This document shows, piece by piece, positions 1 through 9,664 of a DNA stretch of 64,000 nt. A program made the position numbers and the translations under genes. The notes beneath the pieces are model-generated. The model saw nothing but the letters and a program-made list of their open reading frames with translations, was not told the origin of the DNA and did not search any database. Source of the DNA: an uncultured Gammaproteobacteria bacterium (GTDB lineage Bacteria > Patescibacteriota > Patescibacteriia > Magasanikbacterales > UBA922); contig CAZMHV010000002.1 in NCBI GenBank assembly GCA_964566225.1, positions 231,489-295,488 on the forward strand, written 5' to 3'. The number at the start of each line of letters is the position of its first letter. The first letter of the stretch is position 1.

Positions 1-1
1 A

Positions 2-829
2 ACTTGGAATTCTGCAGAACTGATTGCTCAGCAAATTGAATCAGTAGTTTCTGGTTGCAAAAAAATTTCATGTGAAGAAATTATTGTAGATAATGCCTCA
101 AAGGATAATACCGTTGCTTTGGTACAGTCGGAGTATCCATTGGTACAAGTGATTTCAAATTCAGAAAACAAAGGATTTGCGGCTGCCAATAACCAGGCTT
201 TGGCTTTGGCAACGGGTGAGTTTTTGCTTTTTTTGAATCCAGACATGCGTGTACAAGAGGGAAGCCTTGACACCATGTATGAATGGATGAAAGCCCACCC
301 TGATGTAGGAATTGCAAGTTGTAAATTGGTTGATGAAAATGGAAGTATCAATGAGGATGCGCAGCCTCGTCGATTTCCACGACTGCTTGATCAGCTGTGC
401 ATTCTTTTGAAATTGCCACATGTATTTCCATCGTTGCTTCACAGTTACCTCATGAAAGGATTTGATGCAAATATGGAACAAGATGTAGATTCTGTGCGAG
501 GTTCATTTATGATGATTCGTCGTGATGTGGTGACTAAACTCGGATTTGCTTTTGATCCACGGTACTATATTTGGTTTGAAGACGTGGATATTTGTCGTGA
601 AGCCAAACGTCTTGGGTATCGAGTGGTGCATACACCAGTCATTTCATGTGTGGATTATATTGGTCAAAGTTTCAAAAAACGTGACAGTGTGTGGAAGCAA
701 AAAAATTTCACTCGTAGTATGCTCACGTATTTTCAAAAATGGGAGCCATGGTATGTGTGGATGTGGATTGCTCTGTTTCGACCGCTTGGAATTGGTATGG
801 CTTCTTTGAATGAAAAATTTAAAAAATAA
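2..829 (+). CDS. Glycosyltransferase family 2 (5' end truncated by window edge)
   Basis: Reading frame is open from nt 2 through the Met annotated at 119. The upstream translation contains IIVDNASKDNT, a classic GT2 signature. Downstream motifs LFLNPDM and WFEDVDICREA fit GT2. Confidence 0.7.
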   Translation, partial: TWNSAELIAQQIESVVSGCKKISCEEIIVDNASKDNTVALVQSEYPLVQVISNSENKGFAAANNQALALATGEFLLFLNPDMRVQEGSLDTMYEWMKAHPDVGIASCKLVDENGSINEDAQPRRFPRLLDQLCILLKLPHVFPSLLHSYLMKGFDANMEQDVDSVRGSFMMIRRDVVTKLGFAFDPRYYIWFEDVDICREAKRLGYRVVHTPVISCVDYIGQSFKKRDSVWKQKNFTRSMLTYFQKWEPWYVWMWIALFRPLGIGMASLNEKFKK

Positions 830-1883
830 TATGCCAAAACTTTCTGTCCATCTCGTTACCTGGAACGGTGCAAAATATGTACCCGCTCTTTTTGATTCAC
901 TCAAAAAACAGACGTTTCAAGATTGGAAATTATATATTTGGGACAATGGTTCGAGTGATGACATGGTGCAAAAAATGAAACAAGAGATTTTACATTTTCC
1001 CGTTTCGGTAGAGTGTATTGAAAACAAAGAAAATCTTGGCTTTGCAGGTGGACACAACAAACTCTTTCAAAAAACAGATGCAGAATATTTTTTGTGTCTC
1101 AATCAAGACATGGTACTTGCGGAAGATTGTTTTTCAAAACTGGTATCTTTTTTGGATACGCATAAAGATGTGGCAGTGGTTTCTCCTCGGCTCATGAAAT
1201 GGGATTTTGGAGAGCAAAAATTTACTGATTTCATTGACACCTTGGGACTCAAAGTATTTCGCAGTCGCAGAGTTGTTGAAAAATATGCTGGAAAAACATG
1301 GAGTGAATTGGAGTCAAAAATGAAACTTTCGTTTCGAGCAGAAAGGTTTCGGGGACAAACAGCTCTGGAAGTTTTTGGTGTGTCAGGAGCCTTGCCAATG
1401 TTTCGCACCAATGCTATGAAAACTATTGCCTTTGCTGACGGAACATTTTTTGATGAATCCTATCATTCGTACAAAGAAGATGTGGATGTGGCCTTTCGTT
1501 TGCGTTCAGCAGGATTTGCTGCGTATACACTCCTTGATGCCGTGGCCCATCACGATCGCAGTGCGGCAGGCCCTGCAGAAATGAGTGATGCTTCTGCCGT
1601 AAAAAATAAAAAAACGCAATCGAACTTTGTAAAATACCACAGTTACAAAAATCATCTCATGACTTTGTACAAAAACGAATATGCCAAAAACGTGACCCTT
1701 GATTTTCCATTCATTTTGTGGTATGAATTGAAGAAGTTTCTTTACTATTGTTTGTTTGATAGGGGAGTCCTCAAAGGATGGAACGATATTTGGAACATGA
1801 GAAAAGAGTTGAAAGAAAAAAGAAGATATATTACAAATAAAAGGGAAGTATCTTCTGAAGATATAAGAAAATGGTGGAAATAA
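810..1883 (+). CDS. Glycosyltransferase family 2
   Basis: Motifs LSVHLVTWNGAKYV, IWDNGSSDD, NLGFAGGHN and CLNQDMV. Overlaps the upstream gene by 20 nt, consistent with one operon. Confidence 0.7.
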   Translation: MKNLKNNMPKLSVHLVTWNGAKYVPALFDSLKKQTFQDWKLYIWDNGSSDDMVQKMKQEILHFPVSVECIENKENLGFAGGHNKLFQKTDAEYFLCLNQDMVLAEDCFSKLVSFLDTHKDVAVVSPRLMKWDFGEQKFTDFIDTLGLKVFRSRRVVEKYAGKTWSELESKMKLSFRAERFRGQTALEVFGVSGALPMFRTNAMKTIAFADGTFFDESYHSYKEDVDVAFRLRSAGFAAYTLLDAVAHHDRSAAGPAEMSDASAVKNKKTQSNFVKYHSYKNHLMTLYKNEYAKNVTLDFPFILWYELKKFLYYCLFDRGVLKGWNDIWNMRKELKEKRRYITNKREVSSEDIRKWWK

Positions 1884-1905
1884 CTGAGTATATACCCAAC
1901 CTTCC

Positions 1906-2751
1906 ATGAAAGACATCAATATCACATTTGTAAATTATCTGTGTAAAAACGATATTGCTGACGCACTTGATTCGATTTTTTTGGATATTCAAAATTGTCC
2001 GTATAGTGTTCAAGTGACCGTTGCAGATAATTCTCAAAATCAAGATGGAATCCAAGAAATGCTGAAAGAAAAATACCCCGAGGTTGTGTATGTGAATTCT
2101 GGAGGCAATGTAGGTTTTGGCAAAGGCAATACCGTAGGATTTCAAACAGGCAAAGCGCGGTATTATTTTGCACTCAATCGTGATACTATTATTCCAGAAA
2201 ATTCCAAAACCGTTGAACGATTGATTCGTTTTATGGATGAACATCCAAAAATTGGTTGTATTGGTCCCAAACTGCTCAATATGGACGATACGTTGCAGTA
2301 TTCTTGCTATCGATTTGATCTTCCTTCAATACTTATTAAACCACTCAAACAAATTAACTTTGATAAAAAATCAAAGTTTGTAAAAAAATGGACTGATCGA
2401 CTCCTCATGATGGATTTTGATCACCACACCACAAGGCCCGTTGATTGGGTGCTCGGCGCGGCAATGGTGGTTCGCCAAGAAGTGGTGGATGCTATTGGCT
2501 GGTTTGACGAAAGATATTTTATGTATCTTGAAGATGCAGATTGGTGTCACCGAATGTGGGAAGCTGGTTGGCCTGTGTACTATGTACATGATATTACCAT
2601 CCGTCACCGATACGCACGTGATTCTGCCAAAGTCCCTGGTGTTTTCAAAGCTTTATTTAAAAATAAACTTGCTCGCATTCACTTTGTGAGTTGGATAAAA
2701 TATATTTGGAAGTGGCGAGAAAATCATAAATACTATGCAAAATTATCCTAA
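1906..2751 (+). CDS. Glycosyltransferase family 2
   Basis: Motifs VTVADNSQNQDG, GFGKGN and ALNRDTII, with a C-terminal region like rhamnosyl/GalNAc-transferase GT2s. Confidence 0.65.
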   Translation: MKDINITFVNYLCKNDIADALDSIFLDIQNCPYSVQVTVADNSQNQDGIQEMLKEKYPEVVYVNSGGNVGFGKGNTVGFQTGKARYYFALNRDTIIPENSKTVERLIRFMDEHPKIGCIGPKLLNMDDTLQYSCYRFDLPSILIKPLKQINFDKKSKFVKKWTDRLLMMDFDHHTTRPVDWVLGAAMVVRQEVVDAIGWFDERYFMYLEDADWCHRMWEAGWPVYYVHDITIRHRYARDSAKVPGVFKALFKNKLARIHFVSWIKYIWKWRENHKYYAKLS

Positions 2752-3835
2752 AATCGCTATTGTCTACTTGTCATTTCACTGTGAGCCATATATTGATGAT
2801 GTGGTTTCTTCACTCAAAAAACTTACGTATCCCAAAGACCGTATTGAGTTTATTGTTGTTGATAATCCTCACCCACAGTATGGTTCTTCAGTTCAATTTT
2901 TGGAAGAAAATGTCATGCCGCTCTCGGCCAAAGAAATTCCTCATACAACCTTACTTATACAAAAAGAAAACTTAGGTTTTGCTGGTGGCAATAACGTAGG
3001 GGTGGAGTGGGCAATTGCCAATAATTTTGATTACGTGTATTTTCATAATAACGACGGCTTCATGGCTGCCAACTGTTTGGAACCTCTTGTCGAAACCATG
3101 GAAAATGATAAAACCATTGGTGCTGCCCAGTCACTCATGCTTTTGCATCCAGAAACCGATTTGATCAATAGTACGGGTAATGCTTTTCACTATTTAGGAT
3201 TTGGTTTTTGCAATGAATATCGCATGAAAATAAAAGATGTATCACTGCCACCGGTCAAAGAAATTTGTTATGCCAGTGGTGCTGCTTTTATGATTTCGGT
3301 GGAGATGATAAAAAAATATGGTTCCTGGGATAAAGATTTTTTTCTCTACCATGAGGATTTGGAGTGGTCTTTGAGACTTCGTATGGTGGGGTATAAAATT
3401 GTGATGGTCAGTAACTCTGTTTTTTATCACAAGTACCAGTTTGCTCGAAGCATTACAAAATTTTTTTGGATGGAACGAAATCGTTATGGTGTGATGCTTA
3501 TGTTTTTGAAGCTTCCAACCTTATTACTCTTGCTTCCTATTGGTATCCCACTCGAACTGGGACTCTGGCTCTTTGCGTTCAAAGGTGGTTGGGCACAAGA
3601 AAAAGTAAAAGTATATAAGTATTGGATGAATCCCAAAAATTGGGGTCTCTGGCTCCAAAAAAGAAAGTATATTCAGCATATACGAAAAATTTCTGACAGA
3701 ACTCTTTTGAAACAGGCAGTTTCAAAGATTGAATTTCAAGATGCCTCAACTGATAATCCTTTGGTCCATTATGTGGCCAATCCGATTATGACCGTGTATT
3801 ATAAAATTGTTGTGAGGGGATTTATCTGGTGGTAA
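2735..3835 (+). CDS. Glycosyltransferase family 2 (with C-terminal membrane segment)
   Basis: Motifs IVVDNPHP, NLGFAGGNNVG and FHNNDGF. A hydrophobic stretch LPTLLLLLPIGIPLELGLWLFAF follows. Overlaps the upstream gene by 17 nt. Confidence 0.7.
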   Translation: MQNYPKIAIVYLSFHCEPYIDDVVSSLKKLTYPKDRIEFIVVDNPHPQYGSSVQFLEENVMPLSAKEIPHTTLLIQKENLGFAGGNNVGVEWAIANNFDYVYFHNNDGFMAANCLEPLVETMENDKTIGAAQSLMLLHPETDLINSTGNAFHYLGFGFCNEYRMKIKDVSLPPVKEICYASGAAFMISVEMIKKYGSWDKDFFLYHEDLEWSLRLRMVGYKIVMVSNSVFYHKYQFARSITKFFWMERNRYGVMLMFLKLPTLLLLLPIGIPLELGLWLFAFKGGWAQEKVKVYKYWMNPKNWGLWLQKRKYIQHIRKISDRTLLKQAVSKIEFQDASTDNPLVHYVANPIMTVYYKIVVRGFIWW

Positions 3836-3839
3836 TAAT

Positions 3840-4925
3840 ATGAAAATACGAAAAGCAATTTTGACTGGTGGAGGACGTGCGACACGTTTGCATCCAGTGA
3901 CTACAACTATAAATAAGCATTTGCTTCCACTGGCTAACAAGCCAATGATTTTTCATGCTATTGAAAAAGCCGTAGAAGCCGGAGTAAAAGAAATTTTTAT
4001 TAACCTCAACCCAGGTGAAACAGAACTTCAAAAATATATTGGAGATGGGGGACACTGGGATATAAAAATTGAATTTTACGAACAGACTGGTGGACCTCAG
4101 GGAATTGCACATGTGGTAAATGAAGCACGTAAGTTTATTGGAAACGAACCATTCATGTTTTACCTGTCTGACAATATTTTGTTAGGCTCTCTGAGTGAAA
4201 TGTTTGAAGAGTTTCAAAATGGAAGTTACGATTGTATGTTGGCACTTTCACAGGTCAAAGATCCTGAGCGATTTGGTGTGCCAGTGTTTGATACCACTCA
4301 AAAATTGATCGATGTTCTTGAAAAACCACAAAATCCACCAAATAATTTTGCGGTCACCGGTATTTATTTGTATGGTCCAAAAATATTTTTTGAAGCATTT
4401 GATCGTATTGAAAGAAGTCCTCGCGGAGAATACGAAATTTCAAGTATTCACTCTCATTTTTTGAAAAATAACAAAAAAGTTGGATACAAAGAAATAACAG
4501 GATGGTGGAAAGATACTGGTCAGTGTGAAGATTTACTCTTGGCCAACAAATTGTTGTTGGATACTATGAGTGAAAATGATTTTTCACATCATGGAGTTTC
4601 TCTCCCACCGACATCCGGTAAGGTACATATTGGTATTGGTTCACAAATAAAAAATAATGTTACGCTGCGTGAACCGGTGATTGTTGCCGAAAACTGTATT
4701 TTGGAAAACTGTACGGTGGGACCCTATGTAACCGTTGGTCAGGGAACGGAAATATACAATGCCACTCTAGAAAACTCAATTGTTCTTGATAATGCCAAAG
4801 TTGATGCACCTATTAAGATCGTCGACAGTCTCATTGGTAAAAAAGCTCAAATTATTCAACGAAAAGATTCAAGTATTATTGGTCACAAAATGATTTTGGG
4901 TGACAAAACCATCGTTGAAATGTAG
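3840..4925 (+). CDS. Sugar-1-phosphate nucleotidyltransferase (RmlA/glucose-1-P thymidylyltransferase-like) with C-terminal hexapeptide-repeat region
   Basis: N-terminal Gly-rich NTP-transferase motif LTGGGRATRLHP followed by LLPLANKPMI. The C-terminus is isoleucine-rich with beta-helix-like repeats (VIVAENCILENCTVGPYVTVGQGTEIYNATLENSIVLDNAKVDAPIKIVDSLIG). Confidence 0.6.
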   Translation: MKIRKAILTGGGRATRLHPVTTTINKHLLPLANKPMIFHAIEKAVEAGVKEIFINLNPGETELQKYIGDGGHWDIKIEFYEQTGGPQGIAHVVNEARKFIGNEPFMFYLSDNILLGSLSEMFEEFQNGSYDCMLALSQVKDPERFGVPVFDTTQKLIDVLEKPQNPPNNFAVTGIYLYGPKIFFEAFDRIERSPRGEYEISSIHSHFLKNNKKVGYKEITGWWKDTGQCEDLLLANKLLLDTMSENDFSHHGVSLPPTSGKVHIGIGSQIKNNVTLREPVIVAENCILENCTVGPYVTVGQGTEIYNATLENSIVLDNAKVDAPIKIVDSLIGKKAQIIQRKDSSIIGHKMILGDKTIVEM

Positions 4926-6411
4926 TATGGTTACTTCTCTTGTTCAATCAAAAAGCAAAACGTTTCTCGCGTTTTGTTTTTGTTTTCTCTTGGGTGTTGC
5001 TACCTTTTCTTTTGGCACACAGAGGCTTTCAAGTACTTGGGTATTTGGTGTTTTTTTTCTTGTGCTGTTTTGTGTCCCCTTATTTTTTCACCATAAAAGA
5101 GTTCGTTTTTTTCTGTTGAGTTTTTTGTTTTTTTGGTCTGGAATAGCTCGTGTTTCATTTGCGCTTCCTGTACACAATGCCGAGACACTTGCTTTTTATA
5201 ATGGTCAAAAAAGAACCTTTGAAGCACAAATTGCCGAAGAACCTGACGTTCGTACCGGAGAAGTGCGTTATATTGCCCAGGTAACCAACTTTTATTCTCA
5301 TACAAAAGTACATGGACGAGTATCAATCAAAGCTCCTTTGTATCCACGATATCACTATGGAGATACGATTGAACTTACCTGTCAGCTTCAAACTCCAGAA
5401 CCAATTGAAGGTTTTCGTTACGATAAATATTTGGCTACGTTTCGAGTGTATTCGGTCTGTACACGTCCATTGGTAACACTCAAACAGTCGCAGCAAGGAA
5501 ATTATTTTTTTACCAAAATTCTTTTGGCAAAAGATGCTTTGGCTCAAAAAATAAATACCTTGTGGCATGAGCCCTATGCAAGTTTTGTAGGTGGTATTCT
5601 CTATGGGTATCGTGGAGGCCTTGGAAATTTGCAAAATGACTTTAATCGTACCGGAGTTACCCATATTGTGGCGGTTTCAGGATTCAATATTACTCTTATT
5701 GCCAATATATTTGCATCGTTGCTACTCTCCCTCACCATTCCACGTAAAAAAGCGTTTTGGGTGACGGTGAGTGCTATTGGTATATTTGTTTTGTTTACGG
5801 GTGCCAGTGCTTCAGTGGTACGTGCTGGACTCATGGGTATCATTGCACTGACGGCTCGTCAGTTGGGACGACCCTCACGAGCCACCAATGCGGTTGTTTT
5901 TGCTTCGGTACTCATGTGTGTCCACAACCCATGGGTACTGTTATTTGATGCTGGTTTTCAGCTTTCGGTGCTTTCTACTTTGGGGCTCATGTATTTTTCT
6001 AATTTTTTTGCTACAAAATTTGCTCGTGTTCCTCAATTTTTGGGTCTGCGTGAGTCGCTTTCATCTACGTGTGCTGCTATTTTGGCTACTCTGCCCCTCA
6101 TTCTTTTTCAGTTTGGGCGTCTTTCTTTGGTTGCACCACTGGTCAATATTCTTATCTTGCCAGCCATTCCAGTAGCTATGGCGCTTTCTTTTGGCGCTAC
6201 GACTTTAGGTTTTCTTTATCTTCCGTGTGCTACAATAGTCTCATACCTTGCTTTTTTTGTGTTGAAGTACGTGGTTACCGTAGTACAGTGGTTTTCAGCA
6301 CTAAGTTTTGCTTCTGTCGAAGTGCAGATTTCGTGGTGGACAATGATTTTGCTCTATGCAATGCTTTTGTGGTGGGGAATGCGTATTCACAAAAATAATA
6401 CATCTTTATGA
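4900..6411 (+). CDS. comEC: ComEC/Rec2 competence channel, membrane (N-terminal) part
   Basis: Multi-TM protein carrying the ComEC competence-domain signature THIVAVSGFNITLIANIF. An alternative non-overlapping start exists at 4927 (MVTSLVQ...). The stop overlaps the next ORF as ATGA. Confidence 0.75.
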   Translation: MTKPSLKCSMVTSLVQSKSKTFLAFCFCFLLGVATFSFGTQRLSSTWVFGVFFLVLFCVPLFFHHKRVRFFLLSFLFFWSGIARVSFALPVHNAETLAFYNGQKRTFEAQIAEEPDVRTGEVRYIAQVTNFYSHTKVHGRVSIKAPLYPRYHYGDTIELTCQLQTPEPIEGFRYDKYLATFRVYSVCTRPLVTLKQSQQGNYFFTKILLAKDALAQKINTLWHEPYASFVGGILYGYRGGLGNLQNDFNRTGVTHIVAVSGFNITLIANIFASLLLSLTIPRKKAFWVTVSAIGIFVLFTGASASVVRAGLMGIIALTARQLGRPSRATNAVVFASVLMCVHNPWVLLFDAGFQLSVLSTLGLMYFSNFFATKFARVPQFLGLRESLSSTCAAILATLPLILFQFGRLSLVAPLVNILILPAIPVAMALSFGATTLGFLYLPCATIVSYLAFFVLKYVVTVVQWFSALSFASVEVQISWWTMILLYAMLLWWGMRIHKNNTSL

Positions 6412-7355
6412 AAAAACGTTTGTTTGCGATTCTCGGAGTTCTTTTGATCATTTTTTGTGTTATTTTGTATTTTGCCAAAAATGATATAAAAAAAATTTTT
6501 CATGAAAAAATTAACTCGAATTACATTCGTATACCTTTTGTTTCGCCGGCTCCCACAGATCACGTAGACTTGCACTTTTTGGACATTGGTCAGGGCGATG
6601 CAACACTTATTATCTTTCCAAATGGTGAAAAGATGTTGGTAGACTGTTCTCTCGATAGTCGAATTTTAGAAGCCTTGGGGCGGGTGATGTCGTATCAAGA
6701 TCATACTATTGATTATCTTTTGGCTACTCATCCTGACCAGGATCACTATGGTGGATGCGTGGATGTGTTAGAGCGATATGAAGTGAAACATATTTTTTTC
6801 ACTGGCATGAAAAAAGAAAGGAGCCAATATTTACCAGTATTTTTGGAGTCTATACAGCGTGAAAAAACAGCAGATTATACCGAAGTAAATCGTGAATCTA
6901 CGATCACTATTTCAAGTACAACCCTGCATATTTTGTATCCTGATGATACTATTGAAAAATTGGAACCACTCAAAAAACTTCCGGTAGAAAAGGCTTCCAA
7001 TAATACCTCTATTGTTTTTTTGTTGCAGTACGGTACACAAAAAGCACTTTTTACTGGAGATGCTGAATTTGAAACTGAGTCATACTTGGTCAAAAAGTAT
7101 GGAGTAACTCTCGATAGTGATATTTTGAAGGTTGGGCACCATGGCAGCAAAAATTCTTCGAGTGATATGTTTTTGCAGTATGTGACTCCAGATATTGCTA
7201 CCATTTCTTCGGGCAAAGGAAATTCGTATGGCCATCCTACCACTCGAGCCCTGAGACGCCTGCAGCGGGTTCATGCAAATATTTGGCGAACTGATGAGAA
7301 AGGTGATATACTAATACAAATGTATCCTGATCATGTCTATGTTCAAAATAAATAA
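6408..7355 (+). CDS. ComEC C-terminal metallo-beta-lactamase domain protein (separate ORF)
   Basis: MBL motifs LHFLDIGQGDATLI, HPDQDHYGG and VGHHGSKNSSS, with an N-terminal TM helix. Its start codon overlaps the stop of the ComEC membrane ORF. Confidence 0.75.
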   Translation: MKKRLFAILGVLLIIFCVILYFAKNDIKKIFHEKINSNYIRIPFVSPAPTDHVDLHFLDIGQGDATLIIFPNGEKMLVDCSLDSRILEALGRVMSYQDHTIDYLLATHPDQDHYGGCVDVLERYEVKHIFFTGMKKERSQYLPVFLESIQREKTADYTEVNRESTITISSTTLHILYPDDTIEKLEPLKKLPVEKASNNTSIVFLLQYGTQKALFTGDAEFETESYLVKKYGVTLDSDILKVGHHGSKNSSSDMFLQYVTPDIATISSGKGNSYGHPTTRALRRLQRVHANIWRTDEKGDILIQMYPDHVYVQNK

Positions 7356-8607
7356 AACGTTGGCAGTGCTTGGAGCAGGCCTTGTTTTGTTTCCAACTCA
7401 AACGGGAGCTGCTTTTAACTTTGTAGTGAATCAAGGACTATGGCTTACACCAGGAAAGTGGTTTGCCACAGATTCTGTAAAAGTATATACCGTTGTAATT
7501 AATAATAATTTTGAAAAACTCTCAGGAGATGTTCAGTTTTTTTCCAATGGAAGAAATATTGGAACAATTTCTGTGGTGAATCTCCCATTTGAAGATGCCA
7601 AGCAGGTAGGGGTAGAGCTCGCACTTTCAGCTGGTGTAAATAAACTCGAAGCAAAATTGAGTAATGTGGTTGTCCAAGAAAAAAGTGGTAAAATCACTAG
7701 CCTTACTCCTGATCAAATTTCAGGTCTCGAAGTCCAAAGAGAGTTTACCATTGATGTTGATACTGACAAAGATGACCTCGGTGACAGCGAAGATTCTGAT
7801 GATGATAATGATTTGCTTAGTGATGACCAAGAAAAACTTTTGGGTACTGATACTAAAAAAGTAGACAGTGATGGTGATACTCTGACTGACAAACAAGAAG
7901 TTGACAAAAAAATGAATCCTTTGCAGGCTGATACTGATGGTGATGGTCTGACTGATGGAGAAGAAGTAAACAAATATGGTACTGATCCGAACTCAAGTGA
8001 TACTGATGGTGATGGTATTCCCGATAAAAAAGAAATTAGTTTATCTATGAATCCCAAAGAAAAAGACACTGATGGTGATGGACTTGGAGATAAAGAAGAA
8101 CTTGATAAGGGAACAAATCCACTCAAAATGGATAGTGACGGTGATGGTATCAAAGATATTGATGAAATTAAAAAAGGTACCAATCCGATTGATGCGGATG
8201 CTGACAAAGATGGAGTCAAAGATGGTATTGATGCATTTCCTCTCGATAAAAATGAATCAAAAGATGTTGATAGCAATGGTATTGGTGATAATGCCGATGC
8301 ACAACGTCTTGCTGCGGCTACGGCTGAGCAAAAAAGGCTTTTGGCTGAGCAAGCAGCAGCGGCACAGGCTGCTGCAGAAGCTGCTGTGGCCTCAACGACT
8401 TCAGGTACGTTTCCAGCTCCTCTGGTGACAGAGACTGAACACTCAGGTGAGTCACAATCTGAAACGAGTGAGACAACGGTTTCTCCTGATGTTCAAATCG
8501 AACGAAAATGGCTTTTGGGTGGTGCGGTGGCTTCTTTTATAGGATTTTTACTTTTCTCGGCCTTGTATGCAGCCAAAAAACGACAGAGTGATGAAAATTG
8601 GGAGTAA
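7333..8607 (+). CDS. Secreted, C-terminally membrane-anchored protein with thrombospondin type-3 (calcium-binding) repeats
   Basis: Signal peptide MSMFKINKTLAVLGAGLVLFPTQTGAA. Eight or more repeats of the DTDGDGLTDGEEV / DSDGDGIKD type. Ala/Gln-rich linker. C-terminal TM helix plus KKRQSDENWE. Confidence 0.6.
   Translation: MSMFKINKTLAVLGAGLVLFPTQTGAAFNFVVNQGLWLTPGKWFATDSVKVYTVVINNNFEKLSGDVQFFSNGRNIGTISVVNLPFEDAKQVGVELALSAGVNKLEAKLSNVVVQEKSGKITSLTPDQISGLEVQREFTIDVDTDKDDLGDSEDSDDDNDLLSDDQEKLLGTDTKKVDSDGDTLTDKQEVDKKMNPLQADTDGDGLTDGEEVNKYGTDPNSSDTDGDGIPDKKEISLSMNPKEKDTDGDGLGDKEELDKGTNPLKMDSDGDGIKDIDEIKKGTNPIDADADKDGVKDGIDAFPLDKNESKDVDSNGIGDNADAQRLAAATAEQKRLLAEQAAAAQAAAEAAVASTTSGTFPAPLVTETEHSGESQSETSETTVSPDVQIERKWLLGGAVASFIGFLLFSALYAAKKRQSDENWE
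7750..8300 (+). repeat. Degenerate tandem coding repeats (TSP3 D-x-D-x-D-G units)
   Basis: Recurring gatactgatggtgatgg / gatagtgacggtgatgg units inside CDS 7333..8607. Confidence 0.5.
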
Positions 8608-9361
8608 TCGTTTTCTTTTTATACTCTTTTTTGGGTTAGTTTTTTTTCCATCTTCTTTGTGGGCTGTTACTGATAGCGACGCAGATGGACTTGTTGATGA
8701 ACAAGAAATTTTATTTGGAACCAATGTGCAGCTTGGGGATACAGACAACGATGGGTTTACTGATTTTGAAGAAATAAAAAATGGATTTTCACCACTTGAA
8801 GCCAATGGCAAAACGTTTGATGTCATTGATACTGATACTGATGGGCTGCTGGATTGGCAAGAACTGTGGTTTCATACGAGCAAAGAGATTGTGGATACTG
8901 ATGGCGATGGATTTTCTGACTACGAAGAAGTAATGTTTGGTTTTTCACCCACAGATATTGTTCGTTCTCCTGTGTTGGAGAGAAGTATTCTTGTGGATAA
9001 AACCAAACAGCATTTGTACTACCTGGTAGATGGTATTGCCCTAAAAAACTTTCCAGTTTCCACAGGGCTTCCCGCAACACAGACTCCGACAGGAAAGTTT
9101 TCAATTTTGAAAAAAGTTCCGGTCATGCGTTATACAGGGGTAGGCTATGATTTCAAAGGTGTAAAGTGGAATCTGCAATTTTTACCTCGGTATTATCTAC
9201 ATACTGCTTACTGGCACAATGATTTTGGTAAACGGGTCCGTTCTCATGGTTGTGTCAACATGCGTGAATCTGATGTCGGAGAACTCTACAAATATGTGAA
9301 TGTGGGAATGAGTGTAAATATTATTGGGGAGACGCCCAAAAAATTGTATGTTGGGAAGTAA
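8591..9361 (+). CDS. L,D-transpeptidase (YkuD family) with N-terminal TSP3-like repeats
   Basis: Signal peptide MKIGSNRFLFILFFGLVFFPSSLWA. Repeats DSDADGLVDEQE, DTDNDGFTDFEE, DTDTDGLLDWQE and DTDGDGFSDYEE. The YkuD catalytic region RSHGCVNM is preceded by conserved HTAYWH. The ORF track starts it at 8567. Confidence 0.7.
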   Translation: MKIGSNRFLFILFFGLVFFPSSLWAVTDSDADGLVDEQEILFGTNVQLGDTDNDGFTDFEEIKNGFSPLEANGKTFDVIDTDTDGLLDWQELWFHTSKEIVDTDGDGFSDYEEVMFGFSPTDIVRSPVLERSILVDKTKQHLYYLVDGIALKNFPVSTGLPATQTPTGKFSILKKVPVMRYTGVGYDFKGVKWNLQFLPRYYLHTAYWHNDFGKRVRSHGCVNMRESDVGELYKYVNVGMSVNIIGETPKKLYVGK

Positions 9362-9384
9362 ACTCACTTGAAAAATTTTGTCAA

Positions 9385-9421
9385 AAAAATAAAAAGTACC
9401 CAGTATATTGGGTACTTTTTT
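9385..9421. terminator. Bidirectional intrinsic terminator
   Basis: Hairpin GTACCCAGTATATTGGGTAC with an A-tract before and a T-tract after. Lies between the L,D-transpeptidase gene (+) and tRNA-Ser (-). Confidence 0.5.
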
Positions 9422-9423
9422 GT

Positions 9424-9513
9424 TGGCGGAGAGGGCGAGATTCGAACTCGCGGAGGACTTGCATCCTCAACAGTTTTCAAGACTGCCGCCTTAAACCGCT
9501 CAGCCACCTCTCC
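9424..9513 (-). tRNA. tRNA-Ser (anticodon UGA)
   Basis: Reverse complement GGAGAGGTGGCTGAGCGGTTTAAGGCGGCAGTCTTGAAAACTGTTGAGGATGCAAGTCCTCCGCGAGTTCGAATCTCGCCCTCTCCGCCA. Long variable arm, anticodon loop CTTGAAA, T-loop GTTCGAATC and an encoded CCA. Confidence 0.85.
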
Positions 9514-9548
9514 ATGGATACAATCAATCAATAACTCTAGAGTATTAA

Positions 9549-9623
9549 GCGGGCTGGACGGGGGTCGAACCCGCAACTTCTGCCGTGACAGGGCAGTGCT
9601 CTAACCAGTTGAACTACCAGCCC
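9549..9623 (-). tRNA. tRNA-Asp (anticodon GUC)
   Basis: Reverse complement GGGCTGGTAGTTCAACTGGTTAGAGCACTGCCCTGTCACGGCAGAAGTTGCGGGTTCGACCCCCGTCCAGCCCGC. Anticodon loop CTGTCAC and T-loop GGTTCGACC. Confidence 0.85.
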
Positions 9624-9664
9624 ACTTAGTACTCTAGGTACCTGAAAGATTATATGCTGAAAAA

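Noticed and set aside
7750-8300. Possible CRISPR-like or other non-coding tandem repeat
   Set aside because: The periodic units are in-frame codons for D-x-D-x-D-G calcium-binding repeats inside a clear secreted-protein ORF. They have no CRISPR-type spacer/repeat regularity and no cas genes.
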